From: a virus | Reading direction: 5' to 3' (one strand) | IMG/VR virus record: IMGVR_UViG_3300029787_005452 | Span: 1 to 64,000 of that record | Length of the DNA: 64,000 bases | Shown: one piece after another, positions 37,904-47,850 of the stretch | Layout of the letters: every line of letters starts with the position of its first letter | Numbering within the stretch: position 1 is the stretch's first letter | Made by a program: the position numbers and the translations under genes | Notes under the pieces: generated by a model | What the model was told of the DNA's origin: nothing | The model's database searches: none | The model's input: only the letters and a program-made list of their open reading frames with translations

Positions 37904-38414
37904 CAGCTAAAGTATCATTCTTTAATAATAGATCAGCCATTTGCTGCTCATTTAAACCTTGAAGACTTTGCAAGGCATCTTCACCAAATATTTTTCTAAA
38001 TTTAGGACCAAAATATGCGGATGAATTTTTAACTAAGTCCATTGCAGTTTTAGGTTCAACTTGCCAATAACTTCTAGCAGGCCCTCCACCCATTTGGGTT
38101 TTAGTTCTATAACCTGATTCAACAGCTCCAGTTTTTTCTAAATAATCTTTTATTTCTGCAGCACTATGACCATCATCACCATCGAATATAAATGATGCTG
38201 TATTAATAGGTTTGACTGCTTCAGATGGTACTTTAAAGCCTTGTTTTAAAACTGCAGTAGCTCTTGCTTCCTTTGCAGGGTCTTGACTAGTCTGATAATG
38301 TTTTGACCAATCTTGTACAAAATTACCAAATGCTGAACTAGCAGCTAAAGCACCCATTGCAGCTATTTTACCTAACTTACCTTCTTCAATAACATATTCA
38401 TTAAATGTCTGCAT
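37863..38414 (-). CDS. Putative lysozyme-like internal virion protein
   Basis: Leader MQTFNEYVIEE, hydrophobic helix, AVESG...GGGPARSYWQVEP. Confidence 0.55.
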   Translation of the reverse strand: MQTFNEYVIEEGKLGKIAAMGALAASSAFGNFVQDWSKHYQTSQDPAKEARATAVLKQGFKVPSEAVKPINTASFIFDGDDGHSAAEIKDYLEKTGAVESGYRTKTQMGGGPARSYWQVEPKTAMDLVKNSSAYFGPKFRKIFGEDALQSLQGLNEQQMADLLLKNDTLAATMAAAVWIRSSW

Positions 38415-40042
38415 TATACAAATCTTTCTATAAAGTATTTAGGCAATTTGTTCTTATTTCGGATGATAGCTTCGTATACACCTGCATCTAAAATATACGT
38501 TTTACAATGGTCTTGTTTACTTCGGATACCTCTACCACATTGCTGCACAACATTACTTAACATCTTATTTGAATACCATGCTTTATCTAATTCAAATAAC
38601 TTCTTAATTCTATTATCACCTAAAGGTAAGTAAGGAGCTTTAATTACTATTTGAAATCTTGCTAGATCATCTTTCAAGTCTATACCTAAACCTAAAGACG
38701 GGCTTACTAACACAGTCGGGTTCTTACTCTTTGAATGCTGTCTTAATATTTCTTCATTTCTTGTTTCTTTATCTCTATATAGAAAACGTTTACTCTTTAA
38801 ATTATTTTGCAAGTAAGACGCAATAAATCCTGTATGGGTATGGATAATACCTTTTTCAAACTCATGCTGATTACATATTTCTTCTATCTGTTTAACTATC
38901 TTAGGTAAAGTCTTTTTAAGATTATAATGGTTAATCTTTTGCTTAGTATTAATATAGATAGGAGCTTTTTGAGGATCAAAAGTACTATCAGACTCTACAT
39001 ACTCATACTGCTTTATACCTAAACTTTTAGCAAAATGCTTATGATCAATAATAGTAGCTGACATTAACAATACATTATCAGCATACTTAAAAATATATTT
39101 TGATAATACATCTACCTTCAAAGGCATAACTCTTGCAGTCTTGCCTTCCCTTTGAACTACATACTCACATTCTTCCCAAGTTTCATTAATTAAGTTTAAA
39201 CTTCTATGTAAATTTTTAAGATAACTTAATTTTATATTATCACTATTACTAAGTTTTAAGTCTTTATTATTACTTCTATTAGTTAAAGTATTAATATATT
39301 CACTAACTTCTAATACGCAAGAGCATATCCATTTATATATAGCATCTTGTTTTTCAGAATATAAACTTGGTACTTTTACTCCTAATAATTTTAAACGGTC
39401 AGGATCAATAAAGACTGAATATTGTTTTACTATTTCATCTTCAAGTTCAGATGCTTCGTCACATATAATAAAATTCTTACGTTTAACATGGCCAGGTAAA
39501 GATAAAAACATTTTATAATTTAACACGCCAAACTTTTCAATTAAACCTTCATTACGGGCATTATGATAATTACATTTATGAGCTTTTCTATGATCTTCTA
39601 ATATCTTACGAGGCATAACAGATGTCTCCATTTCTACATCTATATCAGGATTTAAAGTACTCATATAGTTACTCTTACCTTTCATAACCTTACTATCATC
39701 AAATAATTCTAAATATTGATCTTGTAAAGATTTAGTTATAGTTAATGCAAAAGCACCGCTAGCCGGCTCATCCAAACATTCAGGTTCATTGATATAGTTA
39801 CTAACATTATCCATTTTAAATGCGTCATAACTATCAATTAACTCTTTAAAACTATCAGTAGATTCATTGGATACATTAGCTAATGTTTTTGATATAAAAC
39901 TCTTACCACTACCAGTGGGAGCACTACAAATAACAAACTTATGACCTTTATTAAACGCATGCTCAACCTTCTTTATTATATTAATCTGCTGAGTACTCGG
40001 ATTATACCCATCGGGAAATTTATTAAGGTATCGGCTCAGCAT
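38414..40042 (-). CDS. DinG/XPD-like SF2 helicase
   Basis: APTGSGKS, ICDEA, MSAT and QQCGRGIRS. Confidence 0.9.
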   Translation of the reverse strand: MLSRYLNKFPDGYNPSTQQINIIKKVEHAFNKGHKFVICSAPTGSGKSFISKTLANVSNESTDSFKELIDSYDAFKMDNVSNYINEPECLDEPASGAFALTITKSLQDQYLELFDDSKVMKGKSNYMSTLNPDIDVEMETSVMPRKILEDHRKAHKCNYHNARNEGLIEKFGVLNYKMFLSLPGHVKRKNFIICDEASELEDEIVKQYSVFIDPDRLKLLGVKVPSLYSEKQDAIYKWICSCVLEVSEYINTLTNRSNNKDLKLSNSDNIKLSYLKNLHRSLNLINETWEECEYVVQREGKTARVMPLKVDVLSKYIFKYADNVLLMSATIIDHKHFAKSLGIKQYEYVESDSTFDPQKAPIYINTKQKINHYNLKKTLPKIVKQIEEICNQHEFEKGIIHTHTGFIASYLQNNLKSKRFLYRDKETRNEEILRQHSKSKNPTVLVSPSLGLGIDLKDDLARFQIVIKAPYLPLGDNRIKKLFELDKAWYSNKMLSNVVQQCGRGIRSKQDHCKTYILDAGVYEAIIRNKNKLPKYFIERFV

Positions 40043-40058
40043 ATAGTTAATTATAATA

Positions 40059-40400
40059 TCAAACAGCTGATAAAACAACCATGTTATTATATAACTTACT
40101 TTTCTTTTTAAAATTTAATACTTTACCTTTAAACAAAACAAATTCATTATTTTTAGCAAATGATTCTAATGTATAATCAAAAAGCAAGTGATCATGTTTT
40201 AATTCCCATTTAAATGGCATAGGTAATTCATACTCTTTCAATTCATTTTTATCGTTTAGCAATGTTAAAACAAAGTAAAATTCCTTGACACTAAAAAGTT
40301 TTAGTTTACCTTTTTTAAGATTTTTTTCCGGGTTGATATATACAACTATATCTCTCAATAGTAAATTTGTTAAATCATCTTCTAATTTTTCAAATTTCAT
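40059..40400 (-). CDS. Hypothetical protein
   Basis: 113-aa ORF within the operon. Confidence 0.65.
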   Translation of the reverse strand: MKFEKLEDDLTNLLLRDIVVYINPEKNLKKGKLKLFSVKEFYFVLTLLNDKNELKEYELPMPFKWELKHDHLLFDYTLESFAKNNEFVLFKGKVLNFKKKSKLYNNMVVLSAV

Positions 40401-40771
40401 GTACCCATATAATTCCTCTTTTCATCCGCAGACATTGGATATATATTTTCATTAAAATATTCAAAAAAATCATCTTGAGGTATTGTATTTACTATTGCAC
40501 AATTATCCATACTAACCATTCTCCAACCCTGCATCATAATGTCCCACACTGGTAATAAATTTTTACTTGTTGGATCATATTTAGGAGGACCGGAAGGAGG
40601 TTTATAATTTAATGTAGTCCTACCATTTACACTATTAAGTAAACTTTCATCTAGAGTACATAGCATTCTTCTTTGAGAACTATCACCGGGTTTTGGTCTT
40701 CGTTTTTCAAAAATTATTTCACAGACATTACCCTGTAAAGTATTTTTAAGATTCGGTAGACTTACTTTCAT
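40397..40771 (-). CDS. WYL-like/Sm-like SH3 protein
   Basis: IFEK...RRMLCTL...VWDI...GWRMV pattern. Confidence 0.65.
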   Translation of the reverse strand: MKVSLPNLKNTLQGNVCEIIFEKRRPKPGDSSQRRMLCTLDESLLNSVNGRTTLNYKPPSGPPKYDPTSKNLLPVWDIMMQGWRMVSMDNCAIVNTIPQDDFFEYFNENIYPMSADEKRNYMGT

Positions 40772-41180
40772 CTTTCTTTTTTGCTATACCAAATAGTCTA
40801 CTTTCATTTAAGAAAACACCTTTATTGAGTTTACCGTATCCTGATATATCTGCATTTGCAATACCTACGCCAAGATTATTAGGAAAAATTACAATTTCAC
40901 CACCTTTAATATATTTACATTCAGGACCAGCTAATATTACTTTAGCTTTTCTCCATGCCCTTTGAACTGAATTAGTAGGTATATAAACACCGCCTCTTAA
41001 AACAGCTTCCCCTTGACCATCTGATACTTCATCAATAAATTCAACTAAAATAATATCATCAAAGATAAAACCTAATTCATAATCTTGATCAATTATACCA
41101 TCTAATGAGTCATTATGTGCCCCACCTAAATCAATTATACTTTTTTTAGGTGCTAATACATCAATATTTGCTTGTGCCAT
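40746..41180 (-). CDS. GroES-like co-chaperonin
   Basis: DDIILVE...GGVYIP...AKVILAGP...IKGGEIVIF. Confidence 0.75.
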   Translation of the reverse strand: MAQANIDVLAPKKSIIDLGGAHNDSLDGIIDQDYELGFIFDDIILVEFIDEVSDGQGEAVLRGGVYIPTNSVQRAWRKAKVILAGPECKYIKGGEIVIFPNNLGVGIANADISGYGKLNKGVFLNESRLFGIAKKKDESKSTES

Positions 41181-41184
41181 ATAA

Positions 41185-41547
41185 CTATTTACTTATAAAA
41201 TTTTCTAATTCAACAAGTTGTTTATACTCACGTTGACTATAAAATTCAGGTATCAATTGCTTTTCTTCTTTACTCTTTTTTTCTTTCTTAATTTTTTTAA
41301 GATAGTTTAATCTTTTAAATTTTAATCTAGGTAATATAGAATAGATATAGTTATATTGAGATAATTTATCATCAAATAAATTCCAATACTTATTAGTAGT
41401 TTCATTTATGTATTCATTTAACTCTTTTGAATACATACTGGTCCATCTATTAACCATAAATAGATTAAACTGCGATTCATCATCACAGTTCATATCTATT
41501 TTTTTCTTACTAAAGAGTAAGCTATTAATATATTGAAATATTGTCAC
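41185..41547 (-). CDS. gp62: Clamp loader small subunit-like protein
   Basis: IFQYINSL...FMVNRWTS...QYNY...LP...KF...Y pattern. Confidence 0.6.
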   Translation of the reverse strand: MTIFQYINSLLFSKKKIDMNCDDESQFNLFMVNRWTSMYSKELNEYINETTNKYWNLFDDKLSQYNYIYSILPRLKFKRLNYLKKIKKEKKSKEEKQLIPEFYSQREYKQLVELENFISK

Positions 41548-42131
41548 AGATTAATTTTAGTAGTCGCGATAAACATATCATCGTTTATTGCGTAAAATAA
41601 ATCAATAATATCTTGCATAAACTCTTCACACTTCTCATCTGATAGCTTTGTACTATAAGCAAAGTTTGGAGCTTTCGGCCCCGCATTTACGTTAATACCT
41701 GTATGCCCTATAGCTACATTATCCTTTGAATATGTAATACTAACACTGCATTTACCTACCTTTTGTAAGCTGCCATCACTGCCTTCAAATTCATCATGTA
41801 CCATAAGATCATCTCCATCCACTTCAATAGGCTTCTTAATATACTTTGAAGATAGAATATTAGCAATCTGCGTATTTAAAAGTCGCTGATACGCTACAGC
41901 ACCAAACTTATCCAGGTTGGGAATTTCCCAACAAAAACTAATTGCATCATCGCTTGCAATATAATCGTTTTGAAGTACGTCTTCTTGATCGATCATACCA
42001 TCAATACCTACGTTCATATAACCTCTAAAGGCTATAATATTCCCGATAGGTAAAGTTTTCTTTCGAAAGAAATTATACGCAAAACGTTTATGAATTAAAT
42101 CACCGTCATAATTAAGATTCTTAATAATCAT
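41544..42131 (-). CDS. DUF366-like protein (lipoate/biotin ligase-like fold)
   Basis: YDG...FRG...MIDQED...I.S...EIP...GAVAYQRL...DGDDL...SVSI...HTGINV. Confidence 0.65.
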   Translation of the reverse strand: MIIKNLNYDGDLIHKRFAYNFFRKKTLPIGNIIAFRGYMNVGIDGMIDQEDVLQNDYIASDDAISFCWEIPNLDKFGAVAYQRLLNTQIANILSSKYIKKPIEVDGDDLMVHDEFEGSDGSLQKVGKCSVSITYSKDNVAIGHTGINVNAGPKAPNFAYSTKLSDEKCEEFMQDIIDLFYAINDDMFIATTKINL

Positions 42132-42158
42132 ACATTAATTATATGAACGTTCCTTAAC

Positions 42159-43136
42159 TTAATCAAGTTGTGTTTTAATCCAATTATATGTTTTTTCTAT
42201 ACCTTTCGCGAGGGGGTAATTTGGAGACCATCCAATTTGTTCTTTAATAAATTTATTATCTGAATTTCTACCTCTGACACCTAAAGGTCCATCTATATGG
42301 TTTTTAACTAAAGATTTATTTTCAATAGAACACGCTATATCAACTAATTGATTGATAGTTACCATTTCATCTGAACCTATATTAACTGGCTCTAAACAAT
42401 CTGATTCCATTAAACGTCTTACCCCTTCTAAGCATTCATCAATATACAAAAATGATCTTGTTTGTTTACCGTCGCCCCATATTTCAATATCTGATTCAGC
42501 TTCAAGTACTTTACGACACATAGCTGCTGGAGCTTTTTCTTTACCACCCGTCCATGTACCTTTAGGTCCAAAAATATTATGAAAACGTGCAATTCGAACA
42601 TTTAATCCATAATTTCTATTATAAGCTAAATATAATCTTTCACTAAATAATTTTTCCCAACCATATTCAGAATCAGGATTAGCAGGGTATGCTGATGATT
42701 CTTCGCAGTTAGGGTTATCGGGATCTAATTGATTATGTTCGGGGTACATACAAGCAGATGATGAATAAAATATTTTACCCACTTTAGTTTCTACTGATCT
42801 TTTTGCTACATTCAAATTTACTAAAGCTGAATTATGCATAACATTAGCATCATTTTCTCCAGAGAATATGTAACCTGCACCGCCCATATCAGCTGCAAGT
42901 TGATATACTTCATCAAAACCTTGATAGGTAAAATCATCATTTACCCAAAATACATTTGTAACGACACTACTATCTTTTAAATCACCGATAACAAAATCAT
43001 CTGCATCTGATTTTTCTTGATATTCAGGGTATTTTATATCTACCCCTCTTACCCAATAACCCTCATTTTTAAGACGGGTAACCAAATGGTTTCCTATAAA
43101 TCCGCCTGCTCCTAATACTAATGCTGTTTTATTCAT
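42159..43136 (-). CDS. NAD-dependent epimerase (GDP-mannose 3,5-epimerase-like)
   Basis: GAGGFIG, LAADMGGAGYI, SSACMYP and YGWEK. Confidence 0.92.
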   Translation of the reverse strand: MNKTALVLGAGGFIGNHLVTRLKNEGYWVRGVDIKYPEYQEKSDADDFVIGDLKDSSVVTNVFWVNDDFTYQGFDEVYQLAADMGGAGYIFSGENDANVMHNSALVNLNVAKRSVETKVGKIFYSSSACMYPEHNQLDPDNPNCEESSAYPANPDSEYGWEKLFSERLYLAYNRNYGLNVRIARFHNIFGPKGTWTGGKEKAPAAMCRKVLEAESDIEIWGDGKQTRSFLYIDECLEGVRRLMESDCLEPVNIGSDEMVTINQLVDIACSIENKSLVKNHIDGPLGVRGRNSDNKFIKEQIGWSPNYPLAKGIEKTYNWIKTQLD

Positions 43137-43879
43137 TTTAAATTTATTATATAATCGAGAGCTAAACTATCAAAAAATTGTTTGCATAGTTCAGCATTTG
43201 GTACAACGCAATGACCTCCTATCTTTCCATCTTTAGGTGGGTATAATACTGGTCTTATAACATTTTCCATACCTAATTTATTATAACCTTCATTATAAGT
43301 TTTATTCCATTTAGTAGCTACTTCTTCATATTTAACATTATGTTCTTTACATAATTTGTTCATATCATCGTGAAAAGCTATACACAGCCCGTAATAAGTC
43401 GTCGATAATACTTTTGCTAATTCAGTAGCTTTACTCCCTTTAAACATTTCATAATTTATCTCTAGTTCATTATAATGTTCTTTTGTTGCAGCAGTTGCAA
43501 CTTTATTATCACTTCCAATAAATTTAGTAAACGTTTTTAAACCTTCGTATAAATTAGGATGTATACCTCTTACTGGTGAATGTACTACTAAATGTTCACC
43601 TTCAAGTTTATCTAAAACTTTTAATGTTGTACCTGGAGTTATCGTACTGTGAATAATTGTTAATTTCGGTTCTAAGTCTAGAATATAATGACTAACTATA
43701 CTAACAAATTTTTCTTGATCAGTAAACGGAATAGCTATATTTAGTACATCAACATCAGATGTTATCTGATTTAAATCTAACCCGGTATCATTAATTTGTA
43801 TTTCAAAATCTTTACCTAAATAAAGTTTTTCTAAAGATTGGCCAATTTCACCATAACCTATAATTCCTATTTTTTTCAT
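43133..43879 (-). CDS. UDP-glucose/GDP-mannose dehydrogenase family protein (short form)
   Basis: GYGEIG, ELAKVLSTTY and IGGHCVVPN. Confidence 0.8.
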   Translation of the reverse strand: MKKIGIIGYGEIGQSLEKLYLGKDFEIQINDTGLDLNQITSDVDVLNIAIPFTDQEKFVSIVSHYILDLEPKLTIIHSTITPGTTLKVLDKLEGEHLVVHSPVRGIHPNLYEGLKTFTKFIGSDNKVATAATKEHYNELEINYEMFKGSKATELAKVLSTTYYGLCIAFHDDMNKLCKEHNVKYEEVATKWNKTYNEGYNKLGMENVIRPVLYPPKDGKIGGHCVVPNAELCKQFFDSLALDYIINLK

Positions 43880-44832
43880 TTGTTTTTAAAATATTCAATA
43901 ACATCATTTACAATATAATCAATATCGTATTTTGGTTTCCAGTTTAACATCTTTTTAATTTTTGAAGGTTCAGGTACTTTATCCCAGGCTTCTTCATATA
44001 AAGGGCCGTGAATAGTTTTAGGGTCAACTAATTTAATTTCCGATGCAGTATCAATTTTTTGTTTTACCATATCAGCTAATTCCTTTATAGTACATTCATT
44101 ATCAGGGTTACCTATATTCCATATCTCATTACCGTCTTCATATTGAGATATTAAGTATATACCCTCAACGATATCCTTAACATGGGTAAAAGCTCTTATT
44201 TGTTCACCGTCACCGAAAACTGTTATATCTTCACCTTTCAAAGATTGGGTAACAAATGTCGGTAGTACAAAACCGCCTGTTACTTGTTGACGTGCGCCGC
44301 TAATATTAAATGGTCTAATTATTTGATATTTTAGATTAGATACTTTTGATGTATTGGATAATACTATTTCAGATAATAGTTTTGATACACTATATTCATT
44401 TCTTACTTTATAATCACCGACAAGAATTTTTTCTTCATCTTCATTTAATCTTACAGCACTGTCACGAAAGCCGTAAATTTCTGAAGTACTCATAAACAAT
44501 AATGGGCAATTATTTTTTAATGCACCTTCTATTGCCCAATAAACATCATCCATAATATACCTTGCCATATTACCAGAATGCTTTAAAACCCCTGCAGGTC
44601 CAACTGGACTAGCCATGTGTAATATTAAATCATAATCTTCAAGATCATCCCATTTATAATCTAATATATCACCTTTAATTAAATTTACATCTTCAAATAT
44701 TTTGTCATTATCATTTTGTCCAGTAGTAGAAAAGTTATCTAAAACTGTAACACTATACCCTTCATTTTTAAATTTTTCAACACAATAAGAGCCGATAAAA
44801 CCAGCACCTCCAGTTATTAGTATTTTTTCCAT
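43876..44832 (-). CDS. NAD-dependent epimerase/dehydratase (UDP-glucuronate decarboxylase-like)
   Basis: TGGAGFIG, STSEIYG, YSVSK and RAFTHVKD. Confidence 0.9.
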   Translation of the reverse strand: MEKILITGGAGFIGSYCVEKFKNEGYSVTVLDNFSTTGQNDNDKIFEDVNLIKGDILDYKWDDLEDYDLILHMASPVGPAGVLKHSGNMARYIMDDVYWAIEGALKNNCPLLFMSTSEIYGFRDSAVRLNEDEEKILVGDYKVRNEYSVSKLLSEIVLSNTSKVSNLKYQIIRPFNISGARQQVTGGFVLPTFVTQSLKGEDITVFGDGEQIRAFTHVKDIVEGIYLISQYEDGNEIWNIGNPDNECTIKELADMVKQKIDTASEIKLVDPKTIHGPLYEEAWDKVPEPSKIKKMLNWKPKYDIDYIVNDVIEYFKNK

Positions 44833-44861
44833 AATATATTTTATATTATAAATTTATTATT

Positions 44862-45836
44862 TCAAGTGTTATCCTGCATTACTCTGAGTATATGAGTTGC
44901 CCTTGCTTCAGTGGTACCTACATTTAATAACCATTTCATTTGTTCATCTAAATAAAACATATATTCATCAGTAGGTTTATTATTTACTACCAATCTATTT
45001 GTAATTTCATCTAACTCTTCCTTGGACGAATACCATAAGCAAGGTATACATTGTGGTGAACATGTAGCTGCTTTTAAATTATAATCTTTAAATAATAAAA
45101 CAGATCTAGCTGCAATAATTTCATAATGTCTTAAGCAGTCCCATCCTCCTTTTTTGCATGTAAGTCCGAACCACGATTTATTTAAATCATTATAATAATC
45201 TTCTTCAACTGTAAATTTATGATGAGAAAAACCTCCCCCTAGATCTTTTACCTCATTAAAAATAGCATTATCTGGTGCAGTCTTTTGATATAACTGTTCT
45301 TTTTTAGATACATCAAACTCCATAATTCTATGTTTAGGTATACCAAAACCCGTAGGGTATACATCTTCTACCTTTTCAATTAATTCTCTCTTGAATGACT
45401 TTCTAAATTGCACACCAATAACATTTAATTCTTCTTCACCTTCTTTTATATCAATTTTTCTTGGAGCATCACCATGTAAATCATGACCATCTAAAACCCA
45501 TACATTACCATTAGCAAGTTTGTTTAATTCTTTATCAGTGCTTTCACCATACATATGACCATCTCCATATAATATAGCATCAAATTTATCAAGGTTACGC
45601 TGTTCTTGAGTTAGATCTTTAATTGGTTTTGTTAATAAGCTAAAACCTCTACCATGAAGACCATCTTTAGGTGACTCAGAAAAATCATGGTACATTATTT
45701 TCTTTTTTGGGTAATCGACACAATTTTCTCCCATGATAGTTCTTAAACCGTTTAATATACCAACTTCAAGTAAATCATTTTGAGGTCCAGGATTTTTAGT
45801 TGGTACGAATAAAATTTTATAATTATTATTTTTCAT
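44862..45836 (-). CDS. Glycosyltransferase-like protein
   Basis: KGGWDCLRHYEI, a GT-B-like C-terminal motif; cluster context. Confidence 0.55.
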   Translation of the reverse strand: MKNNNYKILFVPTKNPGPQNDLLEVGILNGLRTIMGENCVDYPKKKIMYHDFSESPKDGLHGRGFSLLTKPIKDLTQEQRNLDKFDAILYGDGHMYGESTDKELNKLANGNVWVLDGHDLHGDAPRKIDIKEGEEELNVIGVQFRKSFKRELIEKVEDVYPTGFGIPKHRIMEFDVSKKEQLYQKTAPDNAIFNEVKDLGGGFSHHKFTVEEDYYNDLNKSWFGLTCKKGGWDCLRHYEIIAARSVLLFKDYNLKAATCSPQCIPCLWYSSKEELDEITNRLVVNNKPTDEYMFYLDEQMKWLLNVGTTEARATHILRVMQDNT

Positions 45837-46518
45837 ATTTTGCATTTGTTAAAAATAGTTTTGAACCATTTTTGCATTTTATATATGCATTTGGGTATGG
45901 ATCTTGTAGCCCTATTATTTTATTAAAAATTTGTTCTGCGGTAAAATATTTAAAATCTGATAAATTTATTTCACTTTGTTTAGGGGTTCTTCTTTTATAA
46001 TAACTACCTTTCTCTTTTTGAACGATAAATTTAAGTTCATCATCTTTAATTAGATCTAATATAATTTTTTTCAATCCTCTCACCCCTAAATTAGTAATTT
46101 TTTTATATATGCCGTTTAAACCTGATAATTTAACTTCTTTTAAATTGAATTCTTCTTGATATATAATTGGACCTTTATCTAACGATTCATCCATTTTAAA
46201 TAGAGTTATACCAGATTTTTTCTCATTATTAATTAATTGATTTTGTAATGGACTACCACCTCTATATAATGGTAATAAAGAAGGATGCAAACATATGCAT
46301 AAATTATTATCTACTATATCTTTTTGTATAATATCGCTCCACCCTATAAAAAATATTATATCAAATTTATCTTTTTTTAATAAATTGAGAAATTTTTCTT
46401 GTGTATTACATCTTATAAATTTAACATTATCATATGAAAATGTAAATTCAATTTTCTTACAGATTTCATCAGACCAATCCCTATAAGAACATAATAAGAC
46501 TTTTTTTAATCCACCCAT
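45826..46518 (-). CDS. N-formyltransferase (Fmt/sugar formyltransferase family)
   Basis: LHPSLLPLYRGGSP and MDESLDKGPII. Confidence 0.88.
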   Translation of the reverse strand: MGGLKKVLLCSYRDWSDEICKKIEFTFSYDNVKFIRCNTQEKFLNLLKKDKFDIIFFIGWSDIIQKDIVDNNLCICLHPSLLPLYRGGSPLQNQLINNEKKSGITLFKMDESLDKGPIIYQEEFNLKEVKLSGLNGIYKKITNLGVRGLKKIILDLIKDDELKFIVQKEKGSYYKRRTPKQSEINLSDFKYFTAEQIFNKIIGLQDPYPNAYIKCKNGSKLFLTNAKYEK

Positions 46519-47129
46519 CTTAATATTTGAAATGATTCTGCATTTTTGTAATTAGATTGCACTCCTCTCATTCGAGCTATTAATTTTAACATTTCTGGAC
46601 TTCTATGACCTCTTACTTGAGATTTTAAAAACTTATATGATTTTATTTTATCATCAATATCAATTGGTACAAAATAATTACCTTTGAATGTACTATTAAT
46701 ATCATGGGTATAGTCCCATAAAAAGCTATGTACTTCTTCATACGCTAAAACCTTTTTTACAAAATGATTTTCATCATGATGTCTTAAAGCAACTAAGCTT
46801 GCATCATATACAGTAACGTGATCTTGATTATATGAAGGATATGGTATAAAAATTTTATCAGGTTTAATTAAATTAATTTGCTCTTCAATTTGATGTATTA
46901 AATCTCTAATCGCATAATTATTAACTCTGTTATCAAAAACTTCAAAAGTAAATTTTTTATATTTTTGTAAATCTTTTAATTCTTCTATTCTTTCTTCCCT
47001 ATTTACTACATGAAATTTATCTACACCACATTCCATTACATGAGCATTATCATGTAATGCGCAGTAACAACCTAATACTTCATCGTCAATATGCGGAGAT
47101 ATTATTAATGTTCTTTCTTTATTACTCAT
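46506..47129 (-). CDS. PIG-L/LmbE family deacetylase
   Basis: SPHIDDEVLG and QDH motifs. Confidence 0.85.
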   Translation of the reverse strand: MSNKERTLIISPHIDDEVLGCYCALHDNAHVMECGVDKFHVVNREERIEELKDLQKYKKFTFEVFDNRVNNYAIRDLIHQIEEQINLIKPDKIFIPYPSYNQDHVTVYDASLVALRHHDENHFVKKVLAYEEVHSFLWDYTHDINSTFKGNYFVPIDIDDKIKSYKFLKSQVRGHRSPEMLKLIARMRGVQSNYKNAESFQILRWVD

Positions 47130-47850
47130 ATTCTACAAAAATTTCTCGACCACCAATTAAGCTCGAACTTGATGGACCAGCTCCTTCAGCATCTGGTTTT
47201 ACATCCAATATTGATTCACTCCACGTTTGCCAGCTATCACTTATATCTTTTCTTTCTTTTCCTAAAAATTGATCCCAATGAAAATATTCCTCATCTGGTA
47301 TATGTTTTACTATCCTATGACCTTGATCGGTATATTTTTTTAACCAAAAAGGAGTCGATTGATGGCCGCCTGGTACATTAAGATGTGATTTCCAACTTTG
47401 ATCATATTCTGCTTCATGACCTTCATATATACGTAAGTTAGCAATTTTTAGTCTATAAACCCAATCCCTATCTTCCCATCCACCGTTAATAAATCTTTCA
47501 TCCCACCAACCAATTTTTCTAACTAGTTCTTTTGAAAAGGCCATAAAAGCAACACCCCAAAAAGTTGTCCATGCATAACCATTTTCTAAATGTTCAATCA
47601 TTTTTTCTACTTCTTCTGGTTTAGGAAAAGTTCTATCATTTATAAAAAATACCCACTCAGTTGGTGATGTAACTATAGAATGATTAATTAGTTGAGAATA
47701 CGATGGGTATATACCTGGGTGTCTATCTATTCTATTATTCCAATGTACTTTATACTTATCGGTTATAGGTTTAAGCATTTCAATCTGCTTATCAGTGACC
47801 TTTCTATCACTTCCACAGTGCAAGCAAATAGTAAATTCTTCTATTTTCAT
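47122..47850 (-). CDS. Glycosyltransferase family 2-like protein
   Basis: FINDR, IGWWDERF...WEDRDW. Confidence 0.7.
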   Translation of the reverse strand: MKIEEFTICLHCGSDRKVTDKQIEMLKPITDKYKVHWNNRIDRHPGIYPSYSQLINHSIVTSPTEWVFFINDRTFPKPEEVEKMIEHLENGYAWTTFWGVAFMAFSKELVRKIGWWDERFINGGWEDRDWVYRLKIANLRIYEGHEAEYDQSWKSHLNVPGGHQSTPFWLKKYTDQGHRIVKHIPDEEYFHWDQFLGKERKDISDSWQTWSESILDVKPDAEGAGPSSSSLIGGREIFVEYE

